Source of the DNA: Escherichia phage HermannAdler_Bas98
DNA length: 64,000 nt
Strand: one strand, 5' to 3'
Sequence record: PQ850608.1
Program-made: the position numbers and the translations under genes
In this document: piece after piece, positions 59,127 to 64,000 of the stretch
How positions within the stretch are numbered: position 1 is the first letter of the stretch
How the letters are laid out: each line of letters starts with the position of its first letter
Notes under the pieces: generated by a model
What the model was told of the DNA's origin: nothing
Seen by the model: the letters and a program-made list of their open reading frames with translations, nothing else
Databases searched by the model: none

Positions 59127-59352
59127 CAATCGATACCAATTGTGCAGGGTCGCCGGATACAGTTGCGCCGATGATACCCATATGAGAGAAAAATTCTGAA
59201 TAAACTTCTTTCCAGTACTTGCGCGCAGCTTTCTGGGCTTGCCCTTTGCGCTTGTAGCTTTTACCTTGGAAGATGAAGCGGTCGTTTGCTGCGTTATATT
59301 CCACCACACCTTCCAGCCATTGTAAGAAAGCTACTGATTCATTTTGATTCAT
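59116..59352 (-). CDS. hypothetical protein
   Basis: 78 aa. Preferred over the overlapping frame 59031-59309 on amino-acid composition. Confidence 0.45.
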   Translation of the reverse strand: MNQNESVAFLQWLEGVVEYNAANDRFIFQGKSYKRKGQAQKAARKYWKEVYSEFFSHMGIIGATVSGDPAQLVSIDEC

Positions 59353-59359
59353 GTTAACC

Positions 59360-59755
59360 TCAACAATCTAATAAGAAAATTTTTAACCAGCTTTCTGCAA
59401 CCTCGCGGCCCGTAGCCAATCGGTCGGTATTTTCCATTGGTCTGGATTTACCGCATGGCAATCCTTTCTGTAGTTGTGTCCCACTGCCAATTCTTATCCA
59501 AATTTCCCCATCCTTGTCGACGTAGGCTTGGCAACCCATAATATCAAGTCTACTCATTAGGGTGTTAAAAACCTTGAGCCTTTCTTTGGCGATGTTGGCT
59601 GTTCCTCCATTTCTTGGACCACGGCGATTAACAGTCCGCTTCACAACCGGAATATCATTGGTGCGTCGCGGCTTGGGGCGGTAGTAGGCTTCTTCACCAG
59701 GAGTGACACCTGGCGTCAGTTCGCGCTTAAGCGCCTTTTCAATATCAATGATCAT
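59360..59755 (-). CDS. hypothetical basic protein
   Basis: 131-aa ORF. Confidence 0.45.
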   Translation of the reverse strand: MIIDIEKALKRELTPGVTPGEEAYYRPKPRRTNDIPVVKRTVNRRGPRNGGTANIAKERLKVFNTLMSRLDIMGCQAYVDKDGEIWIRIGSGTQLQKGLPCGKSRPMENTDRLATGREVAESWLKIFLLDC

Positions 59756-59758
59756 GAT

Positions 59759-59857
59759 TTATGCCGCAGCAGCGTGGATGATTGCGTAAACTATGCCAAA
59801 CAGGGCAACAACACAAACTGTGCCCCAAAATGCAAAGCGTCGTGCCTCTTTATCCAT
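59759..59857 (-). CDS. small hydrophobic peptide (32 aa)
   Basis: Read by hand: MDKEARRFAFWGTVCVVALFGIVYAIIHAAAA. Fills the gap between flanking genes. Confidence 0.3.
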   Translation of the reverse strand: MDKEARRFAFWGTVCVVALFGIVYAIIHAAAA

Positions 59858-60146
59858 TAGAGCCTTCTCCGCTGTTAATGTTGTCCAGAATCAAGGTTGG
59901 AATTTCATCTTGAGTCCTGACTTTGTAATGCGAAGGCATTTTGCTTTCTAACAATGCTTGTTCAGCTTCTCCCTTTGTCTCAAAGAGCGGGATGCACCAA
60001 TCAACTGCATTGCCGTGTTCATCACCCTTGACGGCTTTCAAAAAGACAAGGCGCTTGTCTTCAGGGTCGATGCCGCAAATTAAGTATTTTGGAAGAGCTT
60101 TTGCTTTTTGAGCTTTATCAATATCTTCAAATTTCATTTCATTCAC
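59850..60146 (-). CDS. hypothetical protein
   Basis: 98 aa. First gene after promoter 60168-60195. Confidence 0.5.
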   Translation of the reverse strand: MNEMKFEDIDKAQKAKALPKYLICGIDPEDKRLVFLKAVKGDEHGNAVDWCIPLFETKGEAEQALLESKMPSHYKVRTQDEIPTLILDNINSGEGSNG

Positions 60147-60167
60147 CTCACTTGTTAACGTATAATG

Positions 60168-60213
60168 AGTATAACTTAATAGTGAATAAAGTAAAGGCGC
60201 TTTTCAGCGCCTT
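60168..60213 (-). promoter_or_regulatory. terminator-promoter junction after the fibre gene
   Basis: Minus-strand hairpin AAGGCGC-tgaaaa-GCGCCTT. Its T-tract runs into -35 TTTACT (60195-60190), then a 16-bp spacer and TATACT (60173-60168). Confidence 0.55.
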
Positions 60214-60220
60214 GAGTGAA

Positions 60221-62554
60221 TTATTTCGCTGCTTTCAGCGCGGCTATCTCTGCCTCTAGTGACTCGACCTTTTTCATCAACTCCTGCACCACGTGCATCG
60301 TATCCAAAAGCATAGGTGTGGTGTCAAGTTGCTTTTGCTCGACCTCTACACCTTCACTCGGATAAAACTTCACCGTTTTTACATACAACGGGTCGATTAT
60401 CTCTGCTTTTTGAGCGATGATGCCCCTTCTTACCCTTTCCTTTTCATCATTGTTGTAGATGAACGTTACATACTCCAGCGATGAAAGGTTGCTCCATGCT
60501 TTTTCAACCGTTCCTGGTTGTATGTCATGCTTCAAATTCTCATCAGAGATGGCATTCTTCTGAAGAGTGTAAAAGCTATCTGATCCAAGAATTGACACAG
60601 AGAAAAATACATCATGAGAGTTAGGCTGTATGTTCATCCTTGTCTGGTACTGAGCGTTGTCATCACCAACAACAAGCCAAGTCCCCTGCGCAAAACTTCC
60701 GTTATTATTATGGATCAAACCGTGATGAAGAGTGGTTGCATAGCCTGTATCTACTTGTTGACCGCCGCTGAAAAGGCTGTTGAATGCATAGTTTTGACCT
60801 ATTGACTGTCTCACCGTTGCATAAGTGCCGATTCTTGTGCCAGTCTCGCTCCAAGACATGAGACTTCCATATCTCGCAGCAAATCTGTCACTGCTAAGGG
60901 TGCCCGCATCGTCAAATGCAAGGTCTTTAGTCACCCCTTTTGTTTTATTGTACACAGACAGGATTGCATAATAAAACCCATCCATGTATGCATCACACCG
61001 CAATCCAGCATCCGCTTCAACAACAGCACCAATTTTGTATTGTGCTCTTACCTGCCCTGAAGATGCCTTGACTCCTGAACCTGGGCGAACAGCATCAGCA
61101 TTGATTACTTGCCATTGCGTATTCGCGGCAACAAATCCACCCGATGCACGAATCACCCAAACGCCGACAAAGTTGCGCGGAACGATTTCCGCTGCTGAAC
61201 GACCATAAACAGGACTGCAGCGAGAAGCGTCAAAGTTTGTTTGTATGAATCTTGACCCAGAGCCTGCTGCCGCAGGAGAGTCACCCGAAGTTATTGACTG
61301 AAAAGCACCATTAGTTGCCACCTGGCTTGGTGCAGAAGCCAGCGTCACCATTGTGTGCGGCGCTGCGTAAGTTATATTTGGCGCGCCTGATTCAGACACG
61401 ATACCGTTGGCTGATGAATTACCGCCATCACCTCTTCCAAACAAGGCCTGTATGGAACCAGTTTGAACACCGTTCCTGTCAGGCACTCGAAACGTCGTCG
61501 TTCCGTTACCCAGAGAATACTTGCCGCGTTTCGCTGGGTCCGCTAACCAATCTGCATCTGCAATAGGTGAAAGCATTTGCGCATACGCCCAAAGCTCAGG
61601 CCAATCCGCTCGATTCAGCAATTGCCCATCAGCAACGACTTCATACGGTTGAATATATGCACGACTGTCGCGTAAGTGGAAGTCGCCGACGCCATAGTTC
61701 ATAACACCGTTCATGCTTGGGCCAACGGTGCCTGTGTTTACTAAGTTCTCAACCCAACGCTTGGTCGCGGCATCATAATCGTTAACTGGGTCACCAGCCA
61801 GTGGCGTTGAACCTTGTGGGCGAATATTTAACCATGCTTGCGCATTATCTGCTGAGCCTGTGCCGCCCATGGAAGTTGGAACGATGTCTTGATCAGCAAC
61901 AGTCCCGAATCCAAAAGCAGACTTCATCCCTTGGATTGTCGTTTGGCCTGTGCCGCCATTAGCTACTGGGATTATGCTTGACTCGGAATAAATCATGACC
62001 CAAGGAGACCATGATTGAGTTTCCATGGTGAATCTTCTTTGATATGTATTGTTGGAATCGAATGTCGTATATCGCTGAATGCAACTTTCTGATATAACGC
62101 CTGTCTGCAATACTTCTAATACTCCTGCTTGCTGCGCAGGGTAATTCAAAGCTGAAGATGCACCACCGTTTGAATTTTGGAAGTACTGCCCAAACCAAGT
62201 CCCTGTAAGCGCATTAAGATTCATGCCGGATGGAACAATCCCAAAGTTTCGGACAGTACCCGTCAAAGTCGCGGCAGTTGTTCGAATGGAAAGCATATCG
62301 CCAGCCTCCCATGCACGCGCTGCAGTTCCTTCCTGTGCACGCTGTACTGTCAGCACGTTTCCAACCACGGCTGTTACTGTGACGATTTCGAATTGGAGGC
62401 CTGTTGCAGCGTCGACGATTGTCGCCACTACACGCTCATTTGCACTCAAGGTCGGAAAGCCCGACCCTGAGCGAATTGTGATTGTGGTGTCTGAAGTCGT
62501 CATTGGTTGGGCAAGCGCGACCTCAAAGTTGTTTTTGAATATTAGCCTTGGCAT
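60221..62554 (-). CDS. tail fibre/spike protein with C-terminal intramolecular chaperone (peptidase S74-type) domain
   Basis: 777 aa. N-terminus TTITIRSGSGFPTL ... VQRAQEGTAARAW is typical of fibre anchor domains. Also PVANGGTGQTT and MGGTGSA. The C-terminus has SDENLKHDI (Ser-Lys dyad context) and a terminal coiled coil. Confidence 0.7.
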   Translation of the reverse strand: MPRLIFKNNFEVALAQPMTTSDTTITIRSGSGFPTLSANERVVATIVDAATGLQFEIVTVTAVVGNVLTVQRAQEGTAARAWEAGDMLSIRTTAATLTGTVRNFGIVPSGMNLNALTGTWFGQYFQNSNGGASSALNYPAQQAGVLEVLQTGVISESCIQRYTTFDSNNTYQRRFTMETQSWSPWVMIYSESSIIPVANGGTGQTTIQGMKSAFGFGTVADQDIVPTSMGGTGSADNAQAWLNIRPQGSTPLAGDPVNDYDAATKRWVENLVNTGTVGPSMNGVMNYGVGDFHLRDSRAYIQPYEVVADGQLLNRADWPELWAYAQMLSPIADADWLADPAKRGKYSLGNGTTTFRVPDRNGVQTGSIQALFGRGDGGNSSANGIVSESGAPNITYAAPHTMVTLASAPSQVATNGAFQSITSGDSPAAAGSGSRFIQTNFDASRCSPVYGRSAAEIVPRNFVGVWVIRASGGFVAANTQWQVINADAVRPGSGVKASSGQVRAQYKIGAVVEADAGLRCDAYMDGFYYAILSVYNKTKGVTKDLAFDDAGTLSSDRFAARYGSLMSWSETGTRIGTYATVRQSIGQNYAFNSLFSGGQQVDTGYATTLHHGLIHNNNGSFAQGTWLVVGDDNAQYQTRMNIQPNSHDVFFSVSILGSDSFYTLQKNAISDENLKHDIQPGTVEKAWSNLSSLEYVTFIYNNDEKERVRRGIIAQKAEIIDPLYVKTVKFYPSEGVEVEQKQLDTTPMLLDTMHVVQELMKKVESLEAEIAALKAAK

Positions 62555-62592
62555 TTTACGGTCCTCGTTTTGTCGACAACCGTATTATAACC

Positions 62593-62934
62593 TTAATTTC
62601 TTTTGAGAGGAATATGACGGTGGCCGCCATTATTTGGTTTAATAATGAGCATAAAAACGATTAGAAAGATGATGGCTGATATACTTAATTCAATCAGCGC
62701 GGCTTGAGATATAGATTGATCTTCATGATACTGCTTTTGCATTTCCGCTTTCTTCTGAGCGCAAACTTCAGGTGATATGTAATCTCCTTTTGAGTTGCCA
62801 TAATAAATTTCGCCGTTTTCAGAAATCAGTCTGCCGCAAATATCCGTTTCAGCCTTTGCACTTGACATCATAATAACGGTGCCGATAATAGCGGCGATGG
62901 TCCAAATTAACAGTTGTGATAAAGTGTTGTTCAT
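62593..62934 (-). CDS. membrane protein with signal peptide and C-terminal TMD
   Basis: AGAGG SD before ATG 62934. N-terminus LLIWTIAAIIGTVIMMSSAKAE. C-terminal TMD LSISAIIFLIVFMLII. Confidence 0.5.
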   Translation of the reverse strand: MNNTLSQLLIWTIAAIIGTVIMMSSAKAETDICGRLISENGEIYYGNSKGDYISPEVCAQKKAEMQKQYHEDQSISQAALIELSISAIIFLIVFMLIIKPNNGGHRHIPLKRN

Positions 62935-63130
62935 GATAACCTCTTTAAATTCCCTTCCCATTTCGGGAAGGGTGATAATCATTTTACGCGAAAGAATAGG
63001 CGCGTGCCACACAGCGAGTCCCAACGGCCCTCACCATCCCATATCGACCCAACACCAGCAGTGATTGGGCCAGCAGAATTGGCGGCATTGGCCCAGGCGA
63101 GACGTTTCAACTTCCAACTGCACCAACGAT

Positions 63131-63364
63131 TCACAGTTCGCCTCCAGACTGCAAAATCAGACCCGCATAGAGGATTGCCAGAGCTAAAGGCGCACCGCTT
63201 CCAGCCTCTCTATTCTCTTTAATTTGAAGCGTGTCCTTAAGGAATTGCAATTGAACGTTGAATTCATTTTCAATCCCAAGCACCACGGCCAATTCTTTTA
63301 CAGAATCTGCATATGCCTTATCTAGCACTTCTTTTGGTACTTTTAAAGTTAATTCACTTGCCAT
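63131..63364 (-). CDS. hypothetical protein
   Basis: ATG 63364 (MASELTLKV...) is preferred over the track start 63382. Confidence 0.4.
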   Translation of the reverse strand: MASELTLKVPKEVLDKAYADSVKELAVVLGIENEFNVQLQFLKDTLQIKENREAGSGAPLALAILYAGLILQSGGEL

Positions 63365-63575
63365 TTTCTTTCCACTCCACAAATGTGCTGCCGCTTGTTT
63401 CTCTGTTTAGCAGGTATCTGCCGCGCATCCCATGAAGGCTGAACTCAACCGTCGATGGATTAGATTTTGAAAGCCATATAGGTTGCCCGTCGAATGGACC
63501 GCCTACGCATGTATATTTCGCTTTTGGCTCACTCCTTTTGGGACGTTTTGCCCGCTCTTTGATTGATAGTCTCAT
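63354..63575 (-). CDS. hypothetical basic protein
   Basis: 73 aa. 1-nt overlap with the upstream gene. Confidence 0.45.
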   Translation of the reverse strand: MRLSIKERAKRPKRSEPKAKYTCVGGPFDGQPIWLSKSNPSTVEFSLHGMRGRYLLNRETSGSTFVEWKENGK

Positions 63576-63790
63576 CAGTCTTCACCTTGAGATTCCAGAC
63601 AAGTAAGGACAAGCCACGTCATCGGAAGAATCAAAACCAGAGAAATGAGGGACCAGATAGACCAGCACAAGATGACAGACTTAAATGTGTGAACGTCGCC
63701 AAACGCAGCAGTAAAACAGAATCCCATTACGAATGCAATAGCTGTGGAATGGTTATCTATGGCTTTGATGGCACGGTCGATGAGTTTCAT
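63575..63790 (-). CDS. two-TMD small membrane protein (holin-like topology)
   Basis: 71 aa with hydrophobic stretches AIAFVMGFCFTAAFG and VILCWSIWSLISLVLILPMTWLVL and a charged C-terminus. First gene after promoter 63817-63844. Confidence 0.4.
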   Translation of the reverse strand: MKLIDRAIKAIDNHSTAIAFVMGFCFTAAFGDVHTFKSVILCWSIWSLISLVLILPMTWLVLTCLESQGED

Positions 63791-63816
63791 ATTACCTCCG
63801 GTTTTGAGTTAATATG

Positions 63817-63844
63817 ATTATAACGCAGACTTTCAGAAAGGCAA
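63817..63844 (-). promoter_or_regulatory. sigma70-type promoter for the leftward operon 63790-58556
   Basis: Minus strand: TTGCCT, 16-bp spacer, TATAAT. Confidence 0.55.
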
Positions 63845-63863
63845 ACTTTTTGTGAATTTTAAT

Positions 63864-63892
63864 CAAAAAAATGGCCAGAAAAAATCTGGCCG
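63864..63892 (-). terminator. intrinsic terminator for a gene beyond the window end
   Basis: Minus strand: GGCCAG-atttttt-CTGGCC followed by ATTTTTTTGA. Confidence 0.6.
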
Positions 63893-64000
63893 AAAGATCA
63901 CCCTTTATCCACTACTAAGCTGGAATCATAATTTTACTTGATATAGCTTGTACAAGCAAACTATAATATGAATAAAATATTAACACATAATTGGAAATTC

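Noticed and set aside
1-64000. Lysogeny or mobility functions (integrase, repressor, transposase, att-like repeats)
   Set aside because: No ORF shows integrase, recombinase or repressor motifs that I can recognise. The twin elements at 2.2 and 54.6 kb are in direct orientation but are internally structured regulatory-type repeats rather than simple att or IR ends.

Overview
The window reads as one contiguous piece of a large dsDNA phage with a contractile tail. I saw no integrase, repressor, rRNA or convincing tRNA, so it looks virulent. Layout: (1) 1-24.1 kb, + strand, virion module: portal 3' end (tentative), Mu F-like head protein, fibre-like protein, scaffold, major capsid, connectors, sheath, two tube paralogs, tape measure with SLT domain, baseplate and spike, two fibre genes, GH19 endolysin. 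(2) 24.1-25.0 kb, a small cassette on the opposite strand with its own promoter and terminators. (3) 25.1-42.0 kb, - strand, replication and nucleotide metabolism: ATP ligase, MazG-like protein, embedded spanin pair, SSB-like protein, SNF2 helicase, VRR-NUC, Pol III alpha, DnaQ-like exonuclease, VOC protein, SDR, HAD fused to an all-alpha NTPase-like domain, divergent ThyX, FAD/NAD oxidoreductase, K/A/E-rich helix protein, RecD-like helicase. (4) 42.2-54.0 kb, + strand: RepB'-like primase, VirE-like NTPase and about 25 tightly packed small genes including paralog families. (5) 54.0-58.5 kb, a repeat-dense, ORF-poor regulatory region holding an iteron/AT-rich element that duplicates one at 2.2 kb, a same-strand array of ATTTGCACTAT, an orphan small-terminase-like gene, and a CpG-rich island of small acidic proteins driven by three copies of one promoter-leader cassette with a covarying hairpin. 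(6) 58.5-63.8 kb, - strand operon with an additional tail fibre carrying an S74 chaperone domain. Many sigma70-type promoters (TTGnnT or TTTACT, 16-17 bp spacer, TATACT or TATAAT) and intrinsic terminators are readable by eye. The best candidates for something new are the 54-58.5 kb repeat and cassette region, the twin iteron elements, and the ThyX/HAD-NTPase/SDR/FAD/VOC cluster, which may modify DNA or reshape the nucleotide pool. All functional calls rest on motifs read by eye. No database search was run.
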